Numbered from the whole stretch's first letter, positions 48,223 through 61,729 are shown. The stretch: 62,186 bases of DNA, filler included, from Choristocarpus tenellus KU-1152 (GCA_964200185.2; 11 parts of 11 records of this genome joined end to end with filler, not necessarily neighbours in it), one strand, 5' to 3'. Made by a program: numbers and translations. The notes: a model not told the origin generated them from the sequence alone.

Positions 48223-50686
48223 ACTGGGTGCAGTGGTGGAGGAGTAGGAGGGAGTAGCAGGAGTGAAGTGGGTTGTAAGGACCCGTTAGGGGGGGGTTTG
48301 TGGGGGCCAAGGAGGGAGGGTGGTGTGTCACATTCTCACAGCATGGGTGGGGACCGGACTTTGCTTTCGGGGGCTGGGAGAGATGTGGGAGGCAAGAACC
48401 AGCCCTCCTTGGAAGATGGTCATCATGAGTCTACGGGGGAGGGAGCTGGGAGGGATAGGCAACATGGACGGAAACATGGGCGGTTTGAAAAGAGAGGGAA
48501 GTGGGGCAAGAAGGATGGGACAAATAGTAGACCAATCATGGACTGGGGAGCTTGGGGTCAAAGGGGACAGCGAACGTATGATAGCACTTGCTATGGGAGG
48601 ATGGAGTACAAACCTGATGTGAGATGGACAGAGTCAACTATTGTAGAAATGGTTATAATATCAGTAATTGCAATGTGAGAGGGACTTGGCTGAAAGGTTT
48701 GGTTGTGAACTTTGTCTACTGTTTTCTGGATATTTGGAGGGCAAGGGATGACAGGGAAGGTTTTGTGGTTTTGCTCTGTTTAAAGAAAACCTTTTTGGGT
48801 TAGGGTTAGGGTTAGGGTTAGGGTTAGGGTTAGGGTTAGTTTTTTTTCTTTGGGTGTGTGTGTATGTCATATGCTTTGATCTATGCTTTGATCTTTTATT
48901 CTGTGCTAGTGTATGTGTAACATTTTGATTTTTGGATTGACTGTCATGAATTTGTATTTGTATTACAGAGAACGAGGAGCTTGTTTGTAGTGTCATTAGT
49001 AGAGAGTTCAGGGTCGTGGTTAGGCAGTTCATATCCCCAGCTCATAACCCTAGCCCTAATATTTATATATATTTCCAAATAATATGCTGTGTATTGATTT
49101 TGTTGACAAACTCGAGTTTCCCACAGACTGTGTGGGGTTGGTGGATCATCATGATGACAAGAATGATACTGCTGTTGATGTACATGCAGCTAGCGCTGAT
49201 GGGGTGTAAGTTTGTCCTATCATACTGCCATCGGTGTCTTTCATGATCAAAATGTAGTATTGTACACTTGACCCTACCATTTCTGTATTTCCTTCCCTTA
49301 CCCTACCCCTATTTCTTGTTTTTGTATTGTCAAATGCATTAAGTGAAAAAGTGTCCACTTTTCCATGCCGATCTATCCATATTTGTTCAAATGCAAAAAT
49401 TTTCAATTTTTTTGTCTTCAATAAAATGTATTTTGATGAGAAAACCTTATGTGTACAATTTATTCCCACTGTGTATTCCACGTGCTAGTATGCTTCGAAC
49501 AGGTTACCTCCTAGCTAGCTCTTTGCTTATTCTTGGTCTTACCTGCTGCCTTGATATTTTCTTGGTGTGGATGTGTGAGTTGTATTTTTTTTAATTGAGA
49601 CCTGAAGTTATTCCTAGTGGGGTGGATCTCAGGTATACCCACCATCTACCATGATGTGCAAGTTCTTGGTGGTCATTTATTCTGTTACTGCTCCTCATTG
49701 TTCAAAGGTTGAATTTGAGAGTTAGGGTTATTGTTTAGATTTCAGAGTATTCGTACTGTGATGGAAAGTTCATTCATGCTTCAATAAATGCTTCATTCCA
49801 TACTTGATTACGTGCTTTTATGACCAAGAATCCTATAGGTCACACGAAATTTGACTAATCAAACATCAGTGATTTCAATCATTTATATTCTCTGTTATTT
49901 TTTATCCGTTTTGGTGAGGGTTAGGGTTGGGATTAGGATTAGGGTTAGGGCCCTATGCTGACTGGTTAACCATGAAAAGCTCACATGGTGGGATTCCTAC
50001 ACGGATGGGATCAAATTTCAAGTGTGTGGACCTTTGGATAGATTAGAGTTTGTTGCTTCCTAATACTTTGTTGAAAGGATGAGGGGTTAGGGTTAAGGCT
50101 AAAACAGGGTTATATCTTGTATAGTCATATCTTAGTTATATCTTGTTTGTAGTTATGTATTTTAGTTATATCTCCTTTGTATGTGCCCCTCATGAAATTT
50201 TGAGGGAGTTGTGAAGGATACTTTCAGTAAGTTGAACTGTTACTGTAACTGCGCTGAACTGAACTAGTTATTGTTCAAGTTTTGTTAGGGCAGTTCTTAA
50301 AAGGTTAAATCCATTTGCTTTTGGCACAGTATTGCTTTTTTTTTTGCAACATATTGTTCCATAACCCTAACCATAACCCTAAAGGTTCATAGTGGTGAAA
50401 TTTCATTGGTTCAAGAAATGGTATGGATGGCATTAGATATTCCTGTGCACACCATTAGGTTAAAAGGAAACTCATTTTTTTCTGAATAGACTTGTTCTTA
50501 GAAAAGCCCTAACCCTCTATTTGTTGTTGAGGTGGAAGCATTGATGCGACGAGAGATGGCGAATTTGCGCCAGTGCTTTGATCGTGCTCTTGAGCCTCTA
50601 GGAGGTACATCGGCTCTGTCTTCTTCTGGCTCAAGCAAGCAGCAAACAGCCAAGGTGCTTTCCTCTCTAGACCATGCACTGGACAC
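48223..50686 (+). CDS. Unknown protein, candidate exons ~48223-48620, ~49126-49205, 50532-50686
   Basis: Gly-rich open frame from the contig start; short exon ending gtaagt; exon VEALMRREMANLRQCFDRALEPL...LDHALDT|gtgagt. Joins are not verified. Confidence 0.45.
48797..48838. repeat. Interstitial telomeric array (GGGTTA)7
   Basis: Seven perfect units; shorter degenerate runs at ~408, 13510, 14280, 31800, 37313, 49918 and 50382. Confidence 0.9.
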
Positions 50687-51961
50687 GTGAGTGATCATAC
50701 CATTCTTAAGCAGTAGGGTTAACTCAGCTGGGTTTAGGGCTAGGTTCCAGTCTGCCACATGGTACAGGTATGGTATATGTATGGTATTGGTGGAATTACT
50801 TGCATTGTACTGTGGCAGAAAATATCGTGAATTGGAGTGCTCTGGTCACCTCTCTGATTNNNNNNNNNNNNNNNNNNNNNNNNNNNNNNNNNNNNNNNNN
50901 NNNTTAATTAATTAANNNNNNNNNNNNNNNNNNNNNNNNNNNNNNNNNNNNNNNNNNNNCACCTCTAACCCCTCCGGTATCTCGGTGTTTAAACAAATAG
51001 AAAGGGAAAAGGGGGGGGGGGGGGTTGGGAAGGGGGGGGGGGGCAAGAGGAATATATAGTTGAACCTTGTTTGGCCATTGGAAGGTGATACTAGATGTGA
51101 CGATAAGGATACCTGGTGTGGATTTGCATCTTATGGGATCATTTCAGAGCTGGTCCTAATATTTCACTACAAGAGTCCGAAATATACTTGCAGAGGTGTC
51201 CTGCTGACAGCTTGAGGGAAGGAACCAGATCCATCTAGTGTATAAGGTTATGTACCTTCACCTCACAAGTAAACATCTGCCTTTGACTCCATGTTGAACC
51301 CGCCTGGCACCCATTTTTTCTTCCGAGGCCAGGAAGGAACATGAAGGCACACATGCCTCACTAGCCATTGCACTTTGAAGTAACTTGAGTAGAATTAGAT
51401 GACATCAACAATCCAATTTCCCACAATACTGGAAGCACATTGAATGGAATCGTCAAGCAGTCAACATTCAGACCCACATAGGGGATACTTGTAGCAAGAC
51501 GTGAGTTCCTCTTCCTCTGGAGGAGGAGAGAGAAAGAGATCCAGGAAATGACATGGAGCCATGGCTAAGACCTCTGTCACCGACCATGACATCACCACCA
51601 CCCCAGCCACGAATGGCATTGATCACACTCTTGGGTTCAGTCAGGTCATGTGATCTCATGAGGCATCCCGATAATGATATCCTCATCAGTAATATTTGTA
51701 CTAATGGCAAGGAACATTAATCATAGTACAAAACCATATGATTCAATGCTGTGAAAAGAAGTTGCGAAGAGAAATATTTTTCCACTAATGGGATGGCCTG
51801 TTCACCATTGTAAGTCAACGACCTGCGATTGCACTGTAACCTCCCCCTCCTCCTCCAATCCGTGAATCACTTAATCCCAACAGTGTTTTCTTGCCATTGC
51901 ACAGGAGGGAAGGGGACCTTGGGAGCAGATGCTCTGCATCAACAAAGAGCTTGGGGCTCAC

Positions 51962-52941
51962 CGGAAAGTCATCAGGCCGCACATCTATGGAGGTGTCAAT
52001 GGTATTGTTTGCGGTGCGATCAATAGCCGCACAGAGTTCTGGGTATGACTGTATTAGGTCAACCATCTTGCTGGGGTTTTCAAACTCGTGGGAATACCTG
52101 CCAACAAATGAATGAAGCGTTGGTGAGTTGGGGGAATGAGTTGGTGGGGAGAGCTTCTTGGGATGGGGGAGAGCTGGATGGGATACACTTATGGGTAGAG
52201 ATATTGTCATATTTTAAATTTGTTTTCAGCCTCGGCCCAACTTGATGCTACTGTTTCAAACTTTGAAGCATGCTATTCCCATTAGAAGATGACAAGGGAA
52301 GTACTCCTACTGGCCCAGGAATGGGTTGCATATCAAACCAGATAATCATCACAACTCTGTAACATGTGTTTTGTACATTTCTCCTCCAGAGTCCTACCCC
52401 TGGAATTCAATCCTACTTCTCAACTTTTTCATTTCCCTGGGATTACTCCCGCAAGTGAAAGTATCTTGGAGGGTACGAGTTTTGCCCTGTTTGTTCGCTT
52501 GGGACTTGGCTTCCCACGAGTTTTTTGTGGCATTAAACCTGCTACAAAAAGTTTTGGAATAGGTAAAAGGTATATGTTATGAAAAGGTGTGCCTGGAACA
52601 AGGATACTGACACTTCCTAACAAACACAATAGCCAAAATTACATCATAATCGCAACATTGGATTTTTGGCCTCCAAACGGACGCAGCTCTACCCTCTAAG
52701 ATGATTTGATTCAGAACCTAACCAGACCTCAACATCAGACAAACACTATTGTGCATTGTTTCTATCCCAACTACAAGAACTTGTCTGGAAACCCCAGAAC
52801 CCCTCCAAAACCCAAACTCCAATGCTGACTCGAACCCCAAGCTAGTACCAGTTCTGGTGTGATTAGGAGTGGGAATAAGCCTTACCTTGAGGAAGAGGAG
52901 GCAAAGCCATTAGTTTCTGACAGAGTTGAGATCCCGGTCAC
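51962..52941 (-). CDS. Unknown conserved-looking protein, exon 52097-51962 (plus a possible small exon ~52941-52886)
   Basis: ggcag|G TAT..: YSHEFENPSKMVDLIQSYPELCAAIDRTANNTIDTSIDVRPDDFP|gtgagc. A phase-compatible small exon lies upstream. Confidence 0.55.
52453..52712. mobile_element. MITE family B copy
   Basis: aagtgaaagtatcttggagggtacg...taccctctaagatgatttgattc. Confidence 0.85.
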
Positions 52942-54087
52942 CTGTTTATCGACAAATGGACACACATGCAACCCAATCATCACCAGGGAGGGTGGGGTAA
53001 GGTGGTGAATGGAGACTTGGAAAGGATGTCGGGTTGACCAGGTGTGTATGTGTGCACGCGCGCGCGCATGTATGAGAACGTGTACTTGTGCCAGCATGTC
53101 AGTGATGGTATCCGTGCGACTTGGTTTGCTAATGTGACAAAATGAGTTCACGGTCAGGCGCTTGTGAACTACTTGTTCCTGTCTTAGGATACAGATATTT
53201 CCCTACCCTTACCAAAGATCTATCACGCCTGGGAGTCTCTTGCAGTTCCTTCTGTACCCCAAAATCCAAGCTCCAGTTCCTTTCTTTCCTCAAAAGTTGT
53301 TTTCACCCATTGAGATTGTGAGTATTACGTTACATGCAACACAGGCCATGTACCCTCAAGAAGGCTGTGCCATCAATCGCACTCCCCTAAAAAACACTAA
53401 TATTCTGAGGTTGGCATGCTTCCTGGAGGGGAGGCCCACAATGCCATAGCACAAACTGTGTTCAGTACAACACTCCAGAATAGGACGATTTCGACTCATT
53501 CGGGGAGTTTTATGATAGGAGCAAAATACATGGTCTTCGTTCATATCCAGGCTAACACCTAGTCAAGAAAACTTGATATATAGGTGACTCCTTTTTTTTT
53601 ATTTTTTTCAGTGTGTCATGTGCTTTGGAGTATTTGAGGGTGGCCACAATAATGCAGAGGAGATTCTCGGGTTGGAGAGACCTGAGCTCCCAGTTGGTGA
53701 ACGTTCGATAAAATGGTTGCTTGCGCAAGGGATCGATGGTATGACAAGCAATTGATCACATGACTTTCATCTTCAATATCATCTACTTGCGGATAAACAC
53801 TACAGCTTTGGAACACCTCTCACATAGTGCTTGATTTGTTTTCATGGTTGCATCAAGATGAGCAATAATAATTGCAGTTGAAATTAAGAAAGCATGTGAA
53901 TATCATTAAGGACAATACATGGTACTTCAAAGTGTACAGCTCTGAAAAACCATCATTTGTTGCAATATAGAAGGAAAATATAATGACTACAATAGTGGAA
54001 AGCAGGTTTTCTTTTCTTATACCGTTATTTCCGTATGTCATATACCGTTATACTGATTGAGGTTGCGTTCTGAGAACTTTTGTTTAA

Positions 54088-54158
54088 GAGTGAAAGTATC
54101 TTAGAGGGTATGAGTTTTGCCCTGTTTGTCCATTTGGAGCTTGGCTTCCCATGGGCTC
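54088..54158. mobile_element. MITE family B end at contig edge
   Basis: GAGTGAAAGTATCTTAGAGGGTA then gtccatttgg. Confidence 0.75.
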
Positions 54159-54258
54159 NNNNNNNNNNNNNNNNNNNNNNNNNNNNNNNNNNNNNNNNNN
54201 NNTTAATTAATTAANNNNNNNNNNNNNNNNNNNNNNNNNNNNNNNNNNNNNNNNNNNN

Positions 54259-54415
54259 TAGCCAGCTCATCCAGGAAGCTTTCCGCTTGCTTGCCGAGGC
54301 GCCCAAAACTTTCCACTGCAAAGGTGTTGAGGTTATAACTACTGTATATATATAGTTTTCATTGGTCTCCCCCCTGACACATCTGCAAAATGTCAGAGGG
54401 TATAATAATAAAATA
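54259..54415. mobile_element. RLE-type LINE fragments
   Basis: agctcatccaggaagctttccgcttgcttgccgaggcgcccaaaactttccac, followed by a 3'-UTR piece in the opposite orientation. Confidence 0.65.
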
Positions 54416-55429
54416 TAAATGCTGCTTCTTAGAAGTTGCAGAGGAAAGATTTGTAATTTGAGTACGTATACAACAGATGTCTTTCAATTTGTATTCTGCC
54501 TATTTTTTCTCATTGGTCAGCATTTAAAAAATATATAAATGTACCTCTCCTTCAATCTCAGAAAGGGAAAAAAAAACACCCACATAATAAGGAGGCGTTT
54601 TGCACCCAAAATTAATAAATATATAGTACACAACGGAGTGCTTCATTATGTAAAAAGATACTGCGGGAAAAGTTGCCCTTCAAAACTTTTTTTAAAGTGC
54701 AATAACTAAAAGTATTTTTATTAATGGGTTTGTATGACGCTCAGTGCGTGTTTGTGAATTCCTTCTTTTTCTCACCTCTGGGTAGTTTCCCCCCTCATTC
54801 CGTTTTGCCGGCCAGCATCGCTGTATCCAGTCCTCATCCCTAACAGTCTTGGACAAGGTCACCAATTCTCACATAGATCGGCGTATCACTGGACTCATCA
54901 ATACATATATATATATGTATATATATGTCGAGGTACAATGAAAAAAAGGAAGCGATTTTATTTTATTTTAAAGAGAGTGTACGTCTCAATATGTTCTCCT
55001 CCAGAAGTGAGATATCGTGTGTATGAGGGTAGCTGTTGTCGGTAGCTGTTGTCTCGCCAACCTTTCTTTAGTCCACATTGTCAATAACATAAAATCAACT
55101 AACTTCAAATCAATTAAGTCAAATCAATCAAGTTAAAATCAGATGTGACCTCCGCCCCTCCACCAACAAGCTGTGACAGCTCACCTGAGCTCTAGCGCTA
55201 TCATGTTGAGTACAGCTTGTCCTGGCATGGTGCAGGTATGGAAGTACTTAGCAAACTCCCCAAGAGTCAAGGACTTTATAGCACCCGTTCACCAAGGTTT
55301 ATACATTCATGCATACATTCGTACAAAGGCTCTTGTCATCAGCTTTCATTTTGATGTATATGTTGTACTATTCTTGTGGCATGACAGTGAAAAAAATAAA
55401 GACTGCTCCCAGAGGCAAAAGCTACTGGT

Positions 55430-56090
55430 ACCATTTTACCAGCTATGCTGTACCACTGCCTTCCTGTGCCTCCAATGTAGCTATTCCTGCACCCCAGGGT
55501 GAGGAGCTAGGGAAGCATCCCAAAATCTAATAAGTCCCTCCTTGCCCATCTCCCTGGTGACTCCAGCTTTAAACGCATGACATGACTAGACAGGGCCACC
55601 TGCGTTGTTACAGAGACTACTTGACATAGGCGGGATTTGTCCGCCCCTTTCCTGCTGTAGTCTCCAGTTCCTCTCCCTTCTATCGCTTCAGTAGCTAGCT
55701 CATCCAGGAAACTTTCCGCTTGCTTACCGAGGTGCCCAAAAGAGCGAAAGTATCTTAGAGGGTACGAATTTTGCCCTGTTTGTCCATTTGGGGCTTGGCT
55801 TCCCATGTTTTTTTTTATGACAGTTTCCTACTCCAAAATGCTTCAGAGTAGGAAAAATGTATACAGTATGAAAATGTGCGTCTAGAACAAGGATATTGAC
55901 ACTTCCTAACAAACTTAGGGTCGATAGCCAAAATTGTATCAAAATCGCAACGTTGGATTTTGGGCGCCAAATGGACGCGGCTCTACCCTCTAAGATACTT
56001 TGGCTCAAAACTTCATACCGTGAATGTGTTGAGGTTGTAACTACGAGGATCAAAGGAGCCCTAATAGTGGGTCGGCTTTTGCGCCTCAAC
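55430..56090 (-). mobile_element. RLE-type LINE 3' fragment split by a MITE B
   Basis: SFGHLGKQAESFLDELA...QVVSVTTQVALS; the LINE sequence resumes after 56006. Confidence 0.8.
55742..56006. mobile_element. MITE family B, TSD AAAA, nested in the LINE
   Basis: gtgccc aaaa|GAGCGAAAGTATC...GATACTTTGGCTC|aaaa ctt, versus uninterrupted gtgcccaaaacttt at ~20146. Confidence 0.9.
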
Positions 56091-56199
56091 TGCATATACC
56101 ATTAAAAAATATTCGTCATATCTACTCTGTTAACCTGTTTTGTAACGACTGAAGTGGAGCAGCCATAATACGAGATTTCCAATTTCTAGTTTGTTGTAT

Positions 56200-56882
56200 G
56201 TGTTCTCTACATGTGGACACTTTTCAGTTTCGACTTTGTTGCTGCACCTATTTTACAACCGCCAAAGAGGACCTGCATCTGGGCATATTTCCAATGTCAC
56301 TCGGGTTCACATAGATCGTCCACCAATATCCCACTTCCCATCGTCTTGTGCGTGTGGCTGATGATGAAATCCCAACTTGTTGACTTTCTGCTTATCTAAG
56401 AGGACTGGCTTAATCCACTGCTTGGCCTTTACCACCTTCTCGCGATTTCACATATCCCACAACGAGGCAAGGGAGCCCCCAGCTTTGGGCGCCCATTTGT
56501 GGAAGGATGTTCAATGTACCGATGAGACATCCCAAACGTTGAGGATACTTCTATAGTGACCATATGACCCCTTGCGACGTAGTAGAAGTTCCATGCATTC
56601 ACCCTGTGTTGTCTGGCTGTCGTGGTCCTTCAGATGACGGAACACAGTGATTCGGGAAGTTCCTAAGTCCTCAGCGATGGCCCCCGCCGTCTCCCAAGGC
56701 ACCTGAGTCTCGCACCCTCTCACCTCCAGGCATTGTGCCACCACACTGTTCTTCGTCGGGGTGTTTTGAGTCCTGACCCCGGACAGACTTCTGGACAGAA
56801 GAATTGAAACCAATGGGCGACGACGGAATGAGCGTGCCGCTTGAACAACAAGGGGCTTCATCCTAGACATCTCAATAAGCAC
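56200..56882 (-). mobile_element. Decayed Tc1/mariner-like transposase N-terminus
   Basis: HTH-like TAGAIAEDLGTSRITVFRHLK, and WIKPVLLDKQKVNKLGF similar to the mariner KP.L...K..RL.F linker. Confidence 0.5.
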
Positions 56883-57480
56883 ACACTGTTAGAGCATTAG
56901 TAAACCCCTGTGTCTACCGAGCAGATAGTCAGCTAATGTTCTAACGCCCACTTTGATAGTTTTGAACCCCGTCAAGTGTGACTCGGTCGACTTTGCACTG
57001 GTAATTCTCTACAGTAATGGCATCCCACCATCTCAAACTGTAACATAACTTTTGCAAATACAGTTAATTCCGAGCAGAGGAAGTACTGCTTAACAGGAGT
57101 TACATTCGGAGAATTTTTCACCTTTACTCTGTTGTATCTTTTCTTGGAACTGCTGAAGAGAACCTACACGTTCCAAGATTTTCTATGTCTACTCCACTGA
57201 ACCTGTTGTGTAACTGCCGAAGAGGAGCTGCAATGCGGGATATTTTCGTGTCTGGTCTGGTATGCCTATTTTGCAACTCTAGTGGATGATAAAAATAGAG
57301 ATTACTTTGACTGCCACCAAAGTAATCTTGGCCCACTCTTTTTATCTCGACTAAACCTTATGTCAAGCGTTGAGCTAAGCACTGATTGAAGCATCGAGAG
57401 AAGAGTAGCTGACACCCATTCATGGCTATCAACTGTGGACCCCCTCGTAGCGTCGTCTTAAGATCGTTGGATTTGAGTTG

Positions 57481-58023
57481 TACATCCTGTGGAGGTGAGT
57501 TCTGGGGCACGCTGTGACATGGAGGTCCTACCGAGACTTCTACCCTGTAACATGGCGTTCCTTTTTATACGATGATATTGATGATAATCCAAGTGAGAGA
57601 TCCAGGATACTTGACGACTTGTACATCAGGAGTTCTATACGTGCATCAGTATCACCTATAGGCCTGTAGATTGGAGCTATACATCCTGTGGAGGTAAGCT
57701 TATGGGGCGCGCTGTAACATGGAGGTCCTACCGAGACTTCCACCCTGTAACATGGAATTCCTTTTTATACGATGATATTGATGATAATCCAAGCGAGAGA
57801 TCCAGCATACTTGATTACTTGTGCGCCAGGAGTCCTATATGTGCATCAGTATCACCTATAGACTTGTAGATTGGAGCTATACATCCTGTGGAGGTAAGCT
57901 TCTTGGGCCCGCTGTAACATGGAGGTCCTACCGAGACTTCCACCCTGTAACATAGAGTTCCTTTTTATACGATGATATTGATGATAATCCAAGTGAGAGA
58001 TCCAGCATACTTGACGACTTGTG
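57481..58023. repeat. ~200-bp tandem repeat, at least 2.7 copies, running off the contig
   Basis: tacatcctgtggaggt at 57481, 57680 and 57880 (periods 199 and 200 bp). Confidence 0.9.
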
Positions 58024-58591
58024 NNNNNNNNNNNNNNNNNNNNNNNNNNNNNNNNNNNNNNNNNNNNTTAATTAATTAANNNNNNNNNNNNNNNNNNNNN
58101 NNNNNNNNNNNNNNNNNNNNNNNCCTCAAAAAAGAATGGGATAGGGTGAAACTTCAACCACCAACATGCTAGACCTCAAGAATATCGTGAATCAACCCAA
58201 TCACAGGACCACACTGATGGCCATTCTTATTGAATCCTGCCTCATCTACCCCATATACAAGTGGCGCATATCCTGTTTGTGTGGTCAACCTGGAGAATAC
58301 CATGAACTGAGAGGGGATGTTGTGTACTGAGAGTAGATAAATGAAACTTGCCCAGAATTGCAATGAGGGGGGGATCCTTATCTTCTATCCTTCACCATAC
58401 TTCACCTGCTCGCCCAATGTGTGTCCAGCACAAAACCAAAAGGAAATTTCATCAGAAAGCAGACACCTGGGCATTCAACCTTGTCTATAGTTATTGCGTT
58501 GGAGCGCATGTGCACATGCAGCACCCAGCACATCCATACACACATGATACCAGTAAGGAGGCGGTTGGCATGAGGGGGTAGTGGTGCTCAC

Positions 58592-61500
58592 CTCACAGGG
58601 TAAGCGAGCCTCCATGGCTCTTACCCTCTGCCGGCGCTGGGCCATGGAGGTGGTAAACATCTCCAGGTTGAAGAACTTTGGCACCTCTTTGTCTGCCCTC
58701 CTCCCAGCAGCCTCATCCATGCCTGAGACCCCATTGTACCATGTACCTGTCGACAGAGCAACTTTTCTTTTCTCCACCCGGTCCAGTATAGCAGCCATGT
58801 TTGGGTGTAGCCCAGGAAGTGCCCTCAAAGAAGCTGCCCCAGAGCCCCTGCAACTCCCCACACCATCTTCACCACCCTTGACATGCACATCACTGCCTTC
58901 TGTTGTGGGGACGACTGTAGGCTCAACACCCACTGTCCCTGCAGATGAGGTAACAGCAGAGCTGGAGTTCGCCATGCTCCATCCTTTGTCAGTGGCCCCT
59001 CTCTCATCACTATTGCCTCTCCCCTGGCCCGTTTGATGTGCATTGGGACTAGGAACAGGGTATGTGCTTCCGACAACTGACTCGGCCCCATTGGGAATGC
59101 CTGCCATTGATGGATGGAGTGAACAAAGGATGAGTTATTGGGAGAACACAGAGTGGAAAAACACTGGAATGGGGGAGTGAAGGGAGGAGATTTTTCAATG
59201 GTGGGGCAAGGAGGAAGGCTAGGTGACCCCCCCTTGAACTGATTCACACCAGAGAATATTATAGCCCAAGCAGTATAGTGATTAGGGCAGATTTGATCCC
59301 CCAGTTGTTTCCTCATTGATTCAACACATTGGCTACCTCAAGGCGTGCTGGCGGTGAGGAAAAAAAAAATGGAAGCACATCCTGCTCACAACCCAAAATG
59401 AAATCTATGCAAACTTGAAAAATAAACTCTATAGTAGTATCAATCTCTCGTATGCCCATGCAAGTTCTTGACTATAAAAACATATGATATAGGGTGTGGC
59501 AACACACCCTTTGATCACCAGGGGATGGTTGCATTTCTGGATGATCTCCGCCCATTTCAACCTCCAACTATTGCGATAATTACAAATATTTCAAGGTATT
59601 TTTCCACCACCTGACCTTATTATGTCACTCGGCTTAAAGAGTGACCTGTCAAAATTCTAGTCTTTATCTCTAAAAATGTGATATGTGACTAGTTCTCAAG
59701 TGAACAGACGAATGTTAGGGCACAAAAAATGTCGAATTTGGATATCCTGCATTACATATTTTGAATGGGGATGAAACATCCGCAGGAGAGACAAATGCCT
59801 ACTCAAAATTCCAAGAATAAGACCGGACGAGGCTCTAAAATGTATAGGCCAATCAAGAGTCTAAGGTACAGTTCCACTCACAGGGAGTCAAAGCATTAAG
59901 AGGGTAGGGCCGCATCTGTTTGAGGGCCAAAATCCAATGTTGTGATTCTGATGAATTTTGGCTATTGTACTTGTTTGCAAGTGTCAACATCCTTACTCTG
60001 GATACAACTTTCATAGTCGCATATATTTTAGGTAACTGTGTTCACACCGTAAACCGAAAAGGGGCATAAAAAAACCGTGGGAGCCAAGCCCCAAACGGGC
60101 ACAGAGGGCAAAACTCCAACCCTCTTAAGTGTTTTGGGTCAGAATGTCAGCCTACTTGTAAGGAAACCACTATCTAATGTTCAGTATAAGGTCCCCAAAA
60201 CAACACACAATACCCCAAAAGAAGCTGTACTCGAGTGATTTAGTTGTAAGCCCAAGTTGTACTCCACCTATACCCAGGCACAACACACTTTCATATAAAA
60301 GGTGGTTGGAGTTGTGAATCAGTTAGTTCTGTGACTTAGGACCGGCAGTGAATGACTAATCATGATCATATCATAAACAGATAGGCACCAAACAATTTGT
60401 TGTGCCCTGTATCAATGGGATCCGGGCAAATAACTCTTATCTCAGAGTGTGTGGTTGACTGAGCACACCAAGGCAAGCGGACCTCCTGACAGATGAGAGG
60501 CCTCACCGGAGGCAGGGGATTTACGAGATAGCTCTCCTTCAGCCTCATTTTCATTACAAACACGACTTAAGGCTGTGGATAAAGATACTAGGATTATCAA
60601 CTATAGCACCGTGATATCTCCATGGAGATACCAACCATTAAATGTTTAAGTGCGGAGATGTTAGTCGTCTGTCTGTGGAACAATATGATAAGTAGATTCC
60701 CAATATCCAACTAATAATTACTCGTGACAAATCAAATGCAAAATCTTACAACTGGTGCTAACAAACACTTTGACATCATTTTTTCTTTGTGACACATCAT
60801 TATGTTAGAGAAGGACCACAGAATTGTCAAAATCTATCCCTTGGAGAGCATGTAGTAGAGCCCAACCTTTGGCAACTTTAATGGCATGAGTTTGTACAAC
60901 TGGGCACACAGTCGTAAACTAAAGCAGAGTAGAGAGGTGGTGGTGGTAGTGGTTCAGAAGTCTCAACATAAAATATGTCCAAGGCTTATTTACAGTACCT
61001 GGGGGCACTAAAATAGAAGAGAACATATCACAGGTCTCAAATTACACATTAGTAGCCAGAGTTAAGTACTGCACACTCAATAGTAGTCAACATTATCTTT
61101 TCTGTTTGGAACTGGTGCATTTTTGAAGTCTAAAGTGGGTCACCATCAGAGGTGCATTCCCCCTAAACGGTCATAGAAGAAAAATAATGACAATTTTTTG
61201 CGGGGTGTCGTTTGCCTTGGTCAATCGCTCTGGCATAGAGAACTAGAGCAAAAATGCTTAGGTTAACTCTCAGGTCATGATGTTAGATTTTGACAACTGT
61301 TTTATTTGTATGTCAGCATGACTCACTCAAGGCCACACACAGACAAATGCAAACACTAGCGCAATGCCCCTCCCTTCCTCACCATCCTACATCCACAGTT
61401 GCAGGAACATTTAGGACTGAATACTGTCGCCTCCCATCCACTTTATAAGGAGAGCCCACTGTACTTCTAACCAACACATGTGTTATCCCTAACTTACCAA

Positions 61501-61729
61501 TTGATGTATTGCCATCATCATTATCCACCCCACTGCTGATCCCCTCAAACACAGGTGTCGCAACTGACGCTTTGTTGTTGAAACCTCCTTGAACAGGCAG
61601 AAACATGGCCTGGTCTTTGACTCTGACTCGTTTCTTTGCAACTTTTCGATTGCACAGATTGCTCGTCTCCCTTGAGCACCGAGAGACTCGCCCATGCTCT
61701 TTTGCTTGTGTTGCCTGCTGATTCAAGAT
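58592..61729 (-). CDS. Unknown protein, exons 61729-61498 and 59100-58592
   Basis: ttgcag|ILNQQ...NTSI-G|gtaagt joins in phase 1 to ggcag|GC ATT (GIPNGAES...PKFFNLEMFTTSMAQRRQRVRAMEARLPCE|gtgagc). Confidence 0.6.
59885..60140. mobile_element. MITE family B, old degenerate copy
   Basis: gagtcaaagcattaagagggtag...aaccctcttaagtgttttgggtc. Confidence 0.7.

Noticed and set aside
48797-48838. True chromosome end
   Set aside because: Only seven units, with unique sequence on both sides.
10554-56105. Recurring short ORFs such as MGSQAPNGQT / LEGTSFALFV / PRYFEP
   Set aside because: They are chance translations of the non-coding MITE A and B repeats; frames are not conserved between copies.
10166-58123. 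Recurring palindrome TTAATTAATTAA as a biological repeat or CRISPR-like array
   Set aside because: It is always centred in an identical 100-bp N spacer; this is a six-frame-stop assembly linker.
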